A DNA stretch of 61,332 bases, filler included. It is 6 parts of 6 records of this genome, joined end to end, with 100 filler letters (N's around TTAATTAATTAA, not from the genome) between each part and the next. Parts side by side here need not be neighbours in the genome. Positions count along the whole stretch, not along the records: positions 37,834 to 61,332 come from SRR31156797_2696; 5 more parts are not named here. One strand, written 5' to 3'. Below are positions 40,187 through 50,733 of the stretch, piece after piece; position 1 is the first letter of the stretch; every line of letters begins with the position of its first letter. Made by a program: the position numbers and the translations under genes. The notes below the pieces were generated by a model. The model saw only the letters and a list, made by a program, of their open reading frames with translations, made no database searches and was not told the origin of the DNA.

Positions 40187-40495
40187 ATGAAGAAAATTTT
40201 ATTATGTTGTGCAGCAGGGATGTCTACAAGTTTGTTGGTAACTAAAATGCAACAATATGCAGAAAAAAGTGGTATTGAGAGTAAAATATGGGCGGTTTCT
40301 GTAGATGAGCTAGAAAGAAATGTAGAGGAAGGAGTGGATGTTGTTCTGCTAGGGCCACAGATTAGATATAAAATAAACTCAGTGAAAAATATTTGCAATG
40401 TTAAAAATATTCCGGCAGATATAATCAACTCTGTTGACTATGGCTCTATGAATGGAAAAAAAGTTGTTAACTTTGCATTAAAATTGATGAAATAA
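40187..40495 (+). CDS. PTS cellobiose/lactose-family EIIB
   Basis: ILLCCAAGMSTSLLV, LLGPQIRY. Confidence 0.93.
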   Translation: MKKILLCCAAGMSTSLLVTKMQQYAEKSGIESKIWAVSVDELERNVEEGVDVVLLGPQIRYKINSVKNICNVKNIPADIINSVDYGSMNGKKVVNFALKLMK

Positions 40496-40533
40496 AAACA
40501 ATAAAAATCAAATATATGAATGGAGGAGTAATG

Positions 40534-40833
40534 ATGGATTTAGAGTCAGTTGCAATGGAGTTAGTAGGTAATTCTGGAGAGAGTAGAAGTTGTTCGTTTG
40601 AAGCTTTGGCTTTAGCTAAAGAGGGAGATTTTGAAAATGCAAATTTGAAATTAAAAGAAGCAGCTGAAAAGATGCATAAAGCTCACGGTATGCAGTTTGA
40701 TTTAATTTCAAAAGAGGCAGATGGAGAGAAGTTGGAGATAGGATTACTAATGGTTCACGCACAGGATCACCTAATGACATCGATTTTGGCAAAAGAGTTA
40801 ATCGAAGAAATGATTGAACTTTATAAAAGATAA
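40534..40833 (+). CDS. PTS cellobiose/lactose-family EIIA
   Basis: AHGMQ, LLMVHAQDHLM. Confidence 0.93.
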   Translation: MDLESVAMELVGNSGESRSCSFEALALAKEGDFENANLKLKEAAEKMHKAHGMQFDLISKEADGEKLEIGLLMVHAQDHLMTSILAKELIEEMIELYKR

Positions 40834-40881
40834 GGGTTAAAACTAAATGACAAATTACGGTAAAAATGAAAGGAGAAAAAA

Positions 40882-42240
40882 ATGAGTAAAAACAAAGGCG
40901 TTTTGGCAAAGATAACTGTTTTTTTAGAGAAATATTTAATGCCAATAGCGGGAAAATTGGCTGATCAAAAACATCTATCAGCTATGAGAGATGGTATGTT
41001 AATGGCTTTACCTCTATTAATAGTTGGGTCGGTATTTTTAATACTAGGTTTCATACCAATTCCAGGATATTCAGATATGATGACAAAAATATTTGGGGAG
41101 CAATGGTTATCAAAAATAACATTGCCTGTAGGATCCACTTTCAATTTGATGGCTATTTTTGCCAATATAGGAGTTGCATATAAACTTTGTGAAAAATATA
41201 AAGTTGAACCTTTATTAGGTTCATTAATTTCATTTGCAGCCTTTATTTTAGTATCACCGAATACAGTAAAATTTGGAGACCAAATTATTGGAGGAGTAAT
41301 TCCTACGGGTCTAATGGGAGGTCAAGGCCTATTCGTAGCAATGATGGTTGCATTGATCTCAGCTGAGATTTATAGATTTTTAATTCAAAAAGATGTAACA
41401 ATAAAACTTCCCCCGAGTGTTCCTCCGACAGTTGGAAAATCATTTGCAGCGTTAATTCCTGGTGGTGTTGTAATAACGGTTGCATGGTTAGTTAATATTG
41501 GGATTGCAGCAAGCTCATTTGAAAATATACATTATGTAGTTCAAAAACTTTTAGTTGGACCTTTATCCGCTTTAGGTGGGTCATACCTTGGATTTGTAGT
41601 TATAGCTTTGTTAGTAAATATGCTATGGATGTGTGGAATTCATGGAGCTAACATAGTCGGAGGAATCGTAGCTCCATTGCTTTATACACTAATGGATGAG
41701 AATATTGCTGCTTATCAAGCTGGACTTGAGGTACCAAATATTATTTCTCAAAATATGTGGGATATTTTCTTAGCAATAGGAGGTTCCGGAGGAACTTTAG
41801 GTTTTGTTATTTTAATGTTATTATTTGCGAAAAGTGCACATTTAAAAGAACTTGGAAAGCTTTCTATTGGTCCTGGGTTATTTAATATCAATGAGCCAGT
41901 TATATTTGGAACTCCTATTGTTATGAATCCGGTATTGATGATACCATTTTTATTAAGTCCCGTTGTTTCAATTAGTTTAGCATACTGGACAATGAAATTT
42001 GGAATAGTAGCAAAACTTCCAGGAATAGCAGCTCCTTGGACGAGTCCTCCGGGAATAGGAGGCTTTATTGCAAGTGGAGGGCATATCTCTACAGCATTAT
42101 TGCAATTTGCAATAGTATTTATTCAGATGTTAATCTATTATCCTTTCTTTAAAGTTTTAGATGCAGAGAAGGTTGCAGAAGAAAAGGCATATGAAGAAGA
42201 AAATGAAGAAGAATTTGAATTAGCAGACAATCCTGCATAA
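40882..42240 (+). CDS. PTS cellobiose-family EIIC
   Basis: GIHGAN, GGSGGT, FNINEPVIFGTPIVMNP, YYPFFK. Confidence 0.93.
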   Translation: MSKNKGVLAKITVFLEKYLMPIAGKLADQKHLSAMRDGMLMALPLLIVGSVFLILGFIPIPGYSDMMTKIFGEQWLSKITLPVGSTFNLMAIFANIGVAYKLCEKYKVEPLLGSLISFAAFILVSPNTVKFGDQIIGGVIPTGLMGGQGLFVAMMVALISAEIYRFLIQKDVTIKLPPSVPPTVGKSFAALIPGGVVITVAWLVNIGIAASSFENIHYVVQKLLVGPLSALGGSYLGFVVIALLVNMLWMCGIHGANIVGGIVAPLLYTLMDENIAAYQAGLEVPNIISQNMWDIFLAIGGSGGTLGFVILMLLFAKSAHLKELGKLSIGPGLFNINEPVIFGTPIVMNPVLMIPFLLSPVVSISLAYWTMKFGIVAKLPGIAAPWTSPPGIGGFIASGGHISTALLQFAIVFIQMLIYYPFFKVLDAEKVAEEKAYEEENEEEFELADNPA

Positions 42241-42295
42241 CATTAATTAACTGGAGAGGTGAAAGACTATAAAAAGAAATTTTTTAGTATACAAA

Positions 42296-43447
42296 ATGGT
42301 TTATTTCGCACTTTTCTTTTCAATGGCTTCTTATTATCCTCTTTTGGGAAAATACTATAAAGAATTAAGTTTTAGTGGTACTGAAATAGGTTTCCTATTC
42401 AGTACCGCGACCTTTGCAACTATGGTTTTTCAACCTATTTGGGGAATTATATGTGATAAAAGAGGAAAATGCAAGAATAGCTTTTTATTAATGCAACTGT
42501 CTGTGATTTTTATTGCACTAGCTATACCATTTATAAGAAATTATTGGATTCTACTGATAGCGATTGCTATGCACTTTTCTTTTCAATGTGGTCTTTTTCC
42601 TATATTAGATACAATTATATACAAAGATATTCATGACTTTGGTGAAATTAGGTTATGGGGATCACTGGGATTTTCTTTAATGGTTCTATTTTCAGGCAAA
42701 CTTTCAGAAATAATTGGTATAAATAATATGTTTTTTATATATTCTTTTACAACTATGATATCCTTAATAATTTCATTGAGAATTAATGAAGTTGAAATTG
42801 AGCAAAAAGAAAGTAATAAACTAGCTGTCTCTAAAGTATTAAAAGAACTATGTAGAAAAAATTATATTATTTTTTTATTTAGTGGCTTTCTTCTGATGGG
42901 GACTTTTATGACTGGTGGAGCATATTATTCTATACTTTTTGCAGAAAATGGCGGAAACATGACTGTCTTTGGAATTAGTTATTTTTTCATTGCAATTTCA
43001 GAAATTCCTTTTTTAAAATTTAGTAAGGCATTTATAAGAAAATATGGAACTGAAAGAGTTATTCTTTTTTCTGGTATTATCTTGCTTATGCGTTTTACTA
43101 TATACGCTATGTCAAAATCGTATATTACGTTACTAATATCATCTGTATTCATGGGGAGCTTTATTGGTTTAATATTACCTGCTATTGCAGATTATCTGAA
43201 AAATAAAATTAAAGATACTAATCGAGCGACAGCAGTAACCCTGTTTACTTCTATTAGTACAGGATTGGGACCTATGCTATTTCAGTTTTCTGGAGGAATC
43301 ATATATGAAAAATTAAGTTTATCAATACTATATTTCTTTTTATGTTGTGTAGTGATTATTGGAATAATTTCAACCATTTTTTTAATTGAAAGTAGTGAGC
43401 AGAAACATCATATACAAATTATTAAGGAGAAAAATGAGATTTATTAA
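42296..43447 (+). CDS. MFS transporter (LacY/MalA-like oligosaccharide:H+ symporter type)
   Basis: QPIWGIICD, FGEIRLWGSLGF, SEIPF; about 12 TM segments. Confidence 0.85.
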   Translation: MVYFALFFSMASYYPLLGKYYKELSFSGTEIGFLFSTATFATMVFQPIWGIICDKRGKCKNSFLLMQLSVIFIALAIPFIRNYWILLIAIAMHFSFQCGLFPILDTIIYKDIHDFGEIRLWGSLGFSLMVLFSGKLSEIIGINNMFFIYSFTTMISLIISLRINEVEIEQKESNKLAVSKVLKELCRKNYIIFLFSGFLLMGTFMTGGAYYSILFAENGGNMTVFGISYFFIAISEIPFLKFSKAFIRKYGTERVILFSGIILLMRFTIYAMSKSYITLLISSVFMGSFIGLILPAIADYLKNKIKDTNRATAVTLFTSISTGLGPMLFQFSGGIIYEKLSLSILYFFLCCVVIIGIISTIFLIESSEQKHHIQIIKEKNEIY

Positions 43448-43802
43448 AATTACAATTTGCTATTTCATAGCGGGATTTACAATAACGTTTTTTTGGGGAT
43501 TCTTTATTGAAAAATTTGGAAGCTTTGGTGGATGGGTTGCCGCTGTAACTCTGATTACTCCTATATGGTATCTAAATCATTATAAAAATATGGTTAAAAA
43601 TATGACTAATGCAGTATTTATAGATATGGGGCTTTCTATCGCGATAGCGAATATTACGGTATCGTATATAAAGAATCCAAAGATAAATTTTTTTTGTACC
43701 TTAGAACGCTCGCTCTTAACACTTTTATTTTTAGGGATTGGTTCTGTATTAGGAGGTTATTTTGCTTTTTATTTTGATAAGACTAGGGTTAGAAAAAAAT
43801 GA
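43434..43802 (+). CDS. Lin0368-like small membrane protein (putative glycerol transporter subunit family)
   Basis: GSFGGWVAA...PIWYLNHY...FIDMGL; ATG 43434 with AAGGAG upstream. Confidence 0.65.
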   Translation: MRFIKITICYFIAGFTITFFWGFFIEKFGSFGGWVAAVTLITPIWYLNHYKNMVKNMTNAVFIDMGLSIAIANITVSYIKNPKINFFCTLERSLLTLLFLGIGSVLGGYFAFYFDKTRVRKK

Positions 43803-44146
43803 TGAATTTTCAACATGCTTTATCAACACTTTTAGGAGGGTTATTTTTTGCTTTTTTTCTTCAGACGATTTGGGGAAGATTAGTAAATAAATTTGGAAGT
43901 ATCGGTGGTGTTCTTGCTGCTATGTTTATTCCCGGGACAATGTGGATTCTTAATCATGGAATTAATAATCAATTAATATTTCAATTTGGAAGTATTTGGA
44001 TTGATATGTCATGGGCTGCAGTAATTGGAGCAATAACTTTTACAAAATTATCGGGAAAAAGTATAAAAGAAGCTATTCCCAACATATTATCTGCTATTTT
44101 AGGGGGGATTTTGGCAGGTATATTTATTTGTTTCTTAGAGAAATAA
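43799..44146 (+). CDS. Second Lin0368-like small membrane protein
   Basis: WGRLVNKFGSIGG...GTMWILNHG...WIDMSWAA; overlaps its partner gene. Confidence 0.65.
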   Translation: MMNFQHALSTLLGGLFFAFFLQTIWGRLVNKFGSIGGVLAAMFIPGTMWILNHGINNQLIFQFGSIWIDMSWAAVIGAITFTKLSGKSIKEAIPNILSAILGGILAGIFICFLEK

Positions 44147-44168
44147 AAAAATCAAGGAGGAAATTATT

Positions 44169-45020
44169 TTGAAAAAAAGATTAATTTTTTTAATTATATT
44201 AATTTTTTCAGTAAACATTTTAGGAAAAAATATAGTTACTTATCCAAATATTCACGGATTAGGAAAAAAATCATTTGGGTATGAAGTTTTAAAATTGGCT
44301 TTAGGCAAAGTAGACAGTTCATACGAGGTTGTTCTTATGAAGCAAGAAATGAACTCAGAAAGAGCAAAGTCTTTTATTGAATCAGGAGTTGCATCTGTTT
44401 CAGATGGAGGATTAAATACTGATGATTCAGAAATTGAATATATTTATAAACCTATTGATATGGGATTGCTCGGTTGGAGAATATTTATAATTAATAAGGA
44501 GTTGCAAAGTGAGTTTCATAAAATAAAAACATTAAAAGAGTTGAGAAGCAAATCAGCTGGTCAGGGAGAAAAATGGACTGATAGATATATAATTGAAAAA
44601 TCTGGAATAAAAGTTATTACATCAACAAAAATTGAATTTCTTGTTAATATGGTTAATGCAAAAAGATTTGACTTCTTTCCTCTTGGTGCAAATGAAGCTC
44701 ATGGATTTTTACATAAATTTGGTGAAAATAAGCCGAATTTAGTTATTGAAGATAGTTTAGCTTTAGTTTATCCATTTGGAAGATTTTTCTTTGTAAAAAA
44801 AGGTAATAAAAAATTGAAAGATGATATTAGTTTAGGCTTAGACAGAGCTTTTGAAGATGGCAGTTTTCAAAATTTACTATTTAACCATCCTTTTTTTAAA
44901 GAAGGGCTTGAAAAGTCAGAGTTGAAAAATAGAACTATTATAAGAATAAACAATCCTTTTTTACCTGAAGAGTTTTATAGTATAGACCCAAAGTGGTGGT
45001 ATAAAGTTAGTAATTTATAG
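44169..45020 (+). CDS. Orphan periplasmic substrate-binding-fold protein
   Basis: Signal peptide; PIDMGLLGWRIFII, AGQGEKWTD, RFDFFPLG, GLDRAFEDGSF, INNPFLP. Confidence 0.7.
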   Translation: MKKRLIFLIILIFSVNILGKNIVTYPNIHGLGKKSFGYEVLKLALGKVDSSYEVVLMKQEMNSERAKSFIESGVASVSDGGLNTDDSEIEYIYKPIDMGLLGWRIFIINKELQSEFHKIKTLKELRSKSAGQGEKWTDRYIIEKSGIKVITSTKIEFLVNMVNAKRFDFFPLGANEAHGFLHKFGENKPNLVIEDSLALVYPFGRFFFVKKGNKKLKDDISLGLDRAFEDGSFQNLLFNHPFFKEGLEKSELKNRTIIRINNPFLPEEFYSIDPKWWYKVSNL

Positions 45021-45038
45021 AAAAACGGAGGAAATAAC

Positions 45039-45281
45039 ATGATGGTTGGAACGATAGCGGCATGTCTTACTACCTTTTCATTTTTACCTCAGGTAGTTAA
45101 AGTAGTAAAAACAAAAGAAACAAAATCAATATCTTTTCTTATGTATTTAATGAGCAGTATAGGGATCTTTTTATGGACATTTCATGGATATATAATTAAA
45201 GATTCTGCATTATTTTATGCTAATGCTATTACATTTTGTATGGCATTAATTATATTAATTTATAAGATTAAATATAGATAG
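45039..45281 (+). CDS. SemiSWEET sugar transporter
   Basis: LTTFSFLPQ PQ-loop, TKSIS, LW..HG, AN; three TM helices. Confidence 0.9.
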   Translation: MMVGTIAACLTTFSFLPQVVKVVKTKETKSISFLMYLMSSIGIFLWTFHGYIIKDSALFYANAITFCMALIILIYKIKYR

Positions 45282-45310
45282 TAATTTTAATTATAAAAAT
45301 AAAAATTTAA

Positions 45311-46747
<1,437 letters not shown>

Positions 46748-46751
46748 AATC

Positions 46752-47030
46752 ATGAAATGTGTAATTTATAGATTTGGATACTTAGGTAGAAATCGTGAAA
46801 TAATTGTTGAAGCAACTTCAAAATGTTTAAATATTCGTTTGTTAAATAACTTTGAGTTATTTATGTATCAAAATAATATTTTTGAAGAATTTTCTGGTAA
46901 AGTTTATAGTAGTTTTCCAGCAATAATTAGAACAAAAGAGTCGGGAGAGTGTAATGTCGTTATTGATTCTAAAGGCTTAAATAAAGAACTTCAAGGTTTG
47001 TTAGCAATAAAAGCTAAGTTAATTGAATAA
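46752..47030 (+). CDS. DUF1883-like small protein
   Basis: Pattern YRFGYL...IIVEA...NIRLLNN...Y...FSG...PAII...SGECNVVID resembles DUF1883. Confidence 0.55.
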   Translation: MKCVIYRFGYLGRNREIIVEATSKCLNIRLLNNFELFMYQNNIFEEFSGKVYSSFPAIIRTKESGECNVVIDSKGLNKELQGLLAIKAKLIE

Positions 47031-47223
47031 AATATATAGAAAATAAATGTTTCAAGAAAGTAAAAAAAGTCTACTTTTTATGTATGTATTGTATAGAGGG
47101 CTAATATCTTTAAATGTTCAATTTTTTGAAACTCTGTTTAGCTTGAAGCTTAATTTCAATACTAAACATATTGATAAAAGTTTAAAGATTATTTTCAGAT
47201 AAATTTGATTTTTTAGTGTAAAA

Positions 47224-47254
47224 AACTACTTTCTATAGCTTATAGAAAGTAGTT
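47224..47254. terminator. Bidirectional terminator between convergent units
   Basis: AACTACTTTCTATA-gct-TATAGAAAGTAGTT, a perfect 14-bp stem. Confidence 0.7.
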
Positions 47255-47297
47255 AAAATATTTAATATTAAAAGTTATTCACACAGAGTTAAAAAAC

Positions 47298-47513
47298 TTA
47301 TTGTTTATTGTAAAGAGTTAAAAAGTCACAAAAATCTTTAAATTTAAAGCTTTTTTGATTTTTAATATTATGATGAATTTTTAAAAAAAAGCAAACAGGA
47401 ATTTCATTATTTTTTAGATTATGTGAAATACATGGATCACACCCCAAATTATGATTGCTAGGATGAAGTTTGCAATTAAAATCTTTACAGCTACAAAAAT
47501 GTTTTGTTTTCAT
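47298..47513 (-). CDS. Small Cys/His-rich protein (DUF6485-like) under riboswitch control
   Basis: CSCKDFNCKLHPSNHNLGCDPCISHNLKNNEIPVCFF; AAGGAG SD; directly downstream of the ykkC riboswitch terminator. Confidence 0.75.
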   Translation of the reverse strand: MKTKHFCSCKDFNCKLHPSNHNLGCDPCISHNLKNNEIPVCFFLKIHHNIKNQKSFKFKDFCDFLTLYNKQ

Positions 47514-47546
47514 AGAAATCTCCTTTTATTTAATTTATAAAATAAT

Positions 47547-47582
47547 AAAAAGCCTGAGAGACATAATATCTCCCAGGCTTTT
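47547..47582 (-). terminator. Riboswitch expression-platform terminator
   Basis: Minus strand AAAAGCCTGGGAGA-tattatg-TCTCTCAGGCTTTT followed by a U-rich tract; the 5' arm is the 3' end of the aptamer. Confidence 0.85.
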
Positions 47583-47664
47583 ATCCTTCCGTGTACGCAG
47601 ATTTCTGCGCGTTTTCTCTTGGACCAAGACCAACACTATGCTGCGGAACCCTAGAAAACTTTTT
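47568..47664 (-). ncRNA. ykkC-yxkD (guanidine-I) riboswitch aptamer
   Basis: Minus strand AAAAGTTTTCTAGGGTTCCGC...TGGTCCAAGAGAAAAC GCGCAG-aaat-CTGCGT ACACGGAAGGATAAAAGCCTGGGAGA matches the ykkC consensus (CUAGGGUUCCG, GGUCCRAG, ACACGGxxGGAxAAAAGCCYGGGAG). Confidence 0.92.
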
Positions 47665-47674
47665 ATTATGACGT

Positions 47675-47703
47675 ATTATATATGGATTTTGTTTAATTGT
47701 AAA
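47675..47703 (-). promoter_or_regulatory. Sigma70 promoter of the riboswitch transcript
   Basis: TTTACA (47698-47703), 17 bp, TATAAT (47675-47680), about 10 nt upstream of the aptamer. Confidence 0.75.
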
Positions 47704-47759
47704 GTTTAAAATTTGTAACTACTCAGGCACAAAAAAATAGAAGATAATTTCTATCTTCC

Positions 47760-48210
47760 AATTTAAGGTAATTTAGATTTCTTACTTTTAGAAATTAAAG
47801 TATCATCAATACTTAAAAATATAGGTTCATTAGAAGAAAGTTAATTTTCAACTAACTTATTAGAGCTTAATTTTAATCTTTTATCAACTAATTCATCTTC
47901 ATCCCAAGGAGAGTTTGTTAAAAACCTAGACAAATTGCTCCTGTTTGTAGTGTTTAAAAAGTTTCTATTTAAGTTAGCAATATTCGTTTTACCTTCTAAA
48001 TTAATTAATCCAGAAATGAGATTCAATAAATGTTTTATTTGAGGTTTAGAAAAATTTAAGTTCAAATCAGAAATATAGTTGATTAAATCTTCAAAATGTT
48101 TTACAGATAGTCATTTAGTATCACCTTTTAGTTGTTAGATTTTGTCGGAAATAAATTTTACAACATTTTAAGCGTGATGCCTATTTTTTTGAAAAAACTC
48201 ACAAGTACAG
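47760..48210 (-). pseudogene. IS701-like DDE transposase remnant (N-terminal part only)
   Basis: FSKPQIKHLLNLISG...RSNLSRFLTNSPWDED...*LSSNEPIFLSIDDTLISK with an in-frame stop, a frameshift just after the ATG at 48114 and truncation after the first catalytic Asp. Possible end CTGTACTTGTGAG at 48198-48210. Confidence 0.75.
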
Positions 48211-48224
48211 TAAATTAAAATAAA

Positions 48225-48320
48225 TTGACAAAAAAATAAAACTATGGTACAAATAGAGTACAACGTACGCGAGAACGGAGCTGTATTTTTTATTTTAGTT
48301 TGAACCGTTCGCGTGAACGG
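48225..48320 (+). promoter_or_regulatory. Promoter and two LacI-type operators of the alpha-galactoside ABC operon
   Basis: TTGACA (48225-48230), 17 bp, TACAAA with extended TG; ACGTACGCGAGAACGG (48263-48278) and CCGTTCGCGTGAACGG (48305-48320). Confidence 0.7.
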
Positions 48321-48343
48321 AAAAATATTAGGAGGTTTTATTT

Positions 48344-49597
48344 ATGAAACAGAAGTTAGTGTTATCATTAGTTTTATTAATTTTATCGTTTAGTGTAGTA
48401 GAAGCAGGTATTTTTTCTAGTGTCTTTAAAAAGAAAAAAGAAAAAAGTGAAAAAGTTTTGTCTTTTATGATTTGGGACAGAAATCAAGAACCTGGCATGA
48501 AGGCTATTTCAGAAGCGTTTACAAAGAAGAATCCTGATATAAAAGTAAAAGTGCAGGTTACAGGATGGGATGAGTATTGGACGAAGCTTGAAGCTGCTGC
48601 AACAGGAGGAGCTCTTCCTGATATATTCTGGATGCATTCAACTCAATTTTATAAATACGCAAGCAATGGAATATTACTAGAAACAAAAGATGCTTTAGGA
48701 GAAGATGCATATAAAAATTTTCCAAAAGATTTAATTAACTTATACGTTTTAGATGGAAAAAATTATGCTGTTCCAAAAGATTTTGATACAATAGGTGTTT
48801 TCTATAATAAAGAAATTTTTGATAATGCAGGACTTGATTACCCTGATGGCTCTTGGGATTGGAAGGAATATGTAGAAATTGCAAGGAAGCTTACTAAAGA
48901 CGGTATTTATGGTACTGCAGCTCCTTTGGATGCTCAACAAGGCTATTGGAATGCAATTTATCAGAATAACGGATATGTTATAAAGAATAAGCGGTCAGGA
49001 TATGACCTACAAGAAAGCCAGGAAGCATTACAGTGGTGGGTAAATTTAAGTTTAAAAGAAAAAGTTTCACCTACTCAACTTCAATTCTCTGAAACGGGAC
49101 CATTTGAACTATTTATGTCAAATAAAATTGCTATGATTATGCTTGGTTCATGGATGGTTCCAGGTATCGCACAGAATGATGAGATGGCTTCAAAAGTAAA
49201 TGTAACGTATTTACCAAAAGGAAAAAAGAAAGCATCAATTTACAACGGATTAGGTTATTCTGCAGCAGCAAATACAAAACATCCTGATGAAGTAATTAAA
49301 TTCTTAAAATTTTGTGCTACAAAAGAAGCTAATGAAATACAGTCAAAATATGCGGCAGCTATTCCAGCTTATTCAGGAACACAAGATGCATGGGTAGAAC
49401 ATAATAAAAATATGAATTTACACATTTTTGTAGATCAAATGAAATATGGGGTAATTTTTCCAAATTCTAAAAAAGCAACAGAATGGAGAGCTTATGAAAA
49501 TGAACTATTTGCGCCTGTAATGGCAGGGAATGAGACTGTAGAAAAAGCTACTTCAATTTATGCAGAAAGAATGAATACAATTTTGGCCACAGAATAA
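48344..49597 (+). CDS. Sugar ABC transporter substrate-binding protein
   Basis: WDEYWTKL, LPDIFWM, YNKEIFD..G..YP..WDW; CUT1-type SBP. Confidence 0.9.
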   Translation: MKQKLVLSLVLLILSFSVVEAGIFSSVFKKKKEKSEKVLSFMIWDRNQEPGMKAISEAFTKKNPDIKVKVQVTGWDEYWTKLEAAATGGALPDIFWMHSTQFYKYASNGILLETKDALGEDAYKNFPKDLINLYVLDGKNYAVPKDFDTIGVFYNKEIFDNAGLDYPDGSWDWKEYVEIARKLTKDGIYGTAAPLDAQQGYWNAIYQNNGYVIKNKRSGYDLQESQEALQWWVNLSLKEKVSPTQLQFSETGPFELFMSNKIAMIMLGSWMVPGIAQNDEMASKVNVTYLPKGKKKASIYNGLGYSAAANTKHPDEVIKFLKFCATKEANEIQSKYAAAIPAYSGTQDAWVEHNKNMNLHIFVDQMKYGVIFPNSKKATEWRAYENELFAPVMAGNETVEKATSIYAERMNTILATE

Positions 49598-49613
49598 TTT
49601 TTATAAAAAATCC

Positions 49614-49652
49614 TTTCAGTCATGAACTGCTTGCAGCAGTTTGTGGCTGAAA
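49614..49652 (+). terminator. Intercistronic stem-loop after the SBP gene
   Basis: TTTCAGTCATGAACTGC-ttgca-GCAGTTTGTGGCTGAAA; no strong U-tract, so it may be a transcript stabiliser. Confidence 0.55.
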
Positions 49653-49755
49653 CTAAAAAAAATCTTAACTAAAAAAAGTAATATAGAATATTTTTAACTT
49701 TATTATAGAGAAGTATAATTAGTTGAGAATATTCTAAATAAATAAGGAGTGTAGA

Positions 49756-50685
49756 ATGATGATTAAAGCATTAGAAAGGAAAAAAATAGAAATTAAAAGA
49801 AAATCAAAAAAAACGAGTGATTGGTCTTGGGGATATTTTATGGTTGCTCCTACAATGATAGGTCTTTTTATTTTAAATATTTTCCCTATTTTTCAAACAA
49901 TATATTTGAGTTTTACAAAGTCAGGTGCTTTTGGCAAATCAACATTTGTAGGTTTGTCAAATTATGAAAAGATACTAAGTGATAAATTGATACTAAAAGC
50001 TTTTTTTAATACATTTGTTTATACACTTATAACAGTTCCGTTAGGAATTTTCTTGTCTCTTGTAGTTGCTGTATTATTAAATACTAAAATAAAAGGAAAA
50101 ACTTTATATAGAACTTTATTTTTTCTTCCTGTTGTATCAGCACCAGCAGCTGTAGCGATGGTTTGGAAGTGGATATATAACTCAGAATATGGATTAATTA
50201 ATTATTTTTTATCATTTATTGGAATATCAGGACCAAGATGGCTTACAGATCCCAAAGTCGCAATTATTGCAATTGCATTCGTTGGAATTTGGTCAACAAT
50301 AGGTTATAACATGATAATTTTGCTTGCCGGATTACAAGAAATACCAACATCGTTATATGAAGCAGCTGAAATAGATGGAGCAGGACCTGTTAAGAAATTT
50401 TTTAATGTAACTTTACCACTTGTTACTCCAACACTTTTTTTTGTTGTAGTAACAACTCTTATTGGATCGCTACAGGTATTTGATATTATTTATATGATGA
50501 TTAATAGGGGAAATCCAGTTTTACCACATGTTCAATCTGTAGTTGCACTATTTTTTAGATACGCATTTGAAATGAACATGAAAGGATATGGTTCCGCAAT
50601 AATAATATTACTATTTTTATTGATTTTAGTAGTGACATATATTCAATTGAAATTACAAAAAAAATGGGTTCATTATAATGAATAA
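49756..50685 (+). CDS. Sugar ABC permease
   Basis: LYEAAEIDGAG EAA motif. Confidence 0.92.
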   Translation: MMIKALERKKIEIKRKSKKTSDWSWGYFMVAPTMIGLFILNIFPIFQTIYLSFTKSGAFGKSTFVGLSNYEKILSDKLILKAFFNTFVYTLITVPLGIFLSLVVAVLLNTKIKGKTLYRTLFFLPVVSAPAAVAMVWKWIYNSEYGLINYFLSFIGISGPRWLTDPKVAIIAIAFVGIWSTIGYNMIILLAGLQEIPTSLYEAAEIDGAGPVKKFFNVTLPLVTPTLFFVVVTTLIGSLQVFDIIYMMINRGNPVLPHVQSVVALFFRYAFEMNMKGYGSAIIILLFLLILVVTYIQLKLQKKWVHYNE

Positions 50686-50733
50686 ATCTATTAAACTTAA
50701 ATATAACTTTATAAATAAAGAGAGGAAAAAAAT

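Noticed and set aside
47470-47709. 79-aa plus-strand ORF
   Set aside because: It is antisense to the riboswitch and its promoter, and the RNA explains the sequence.
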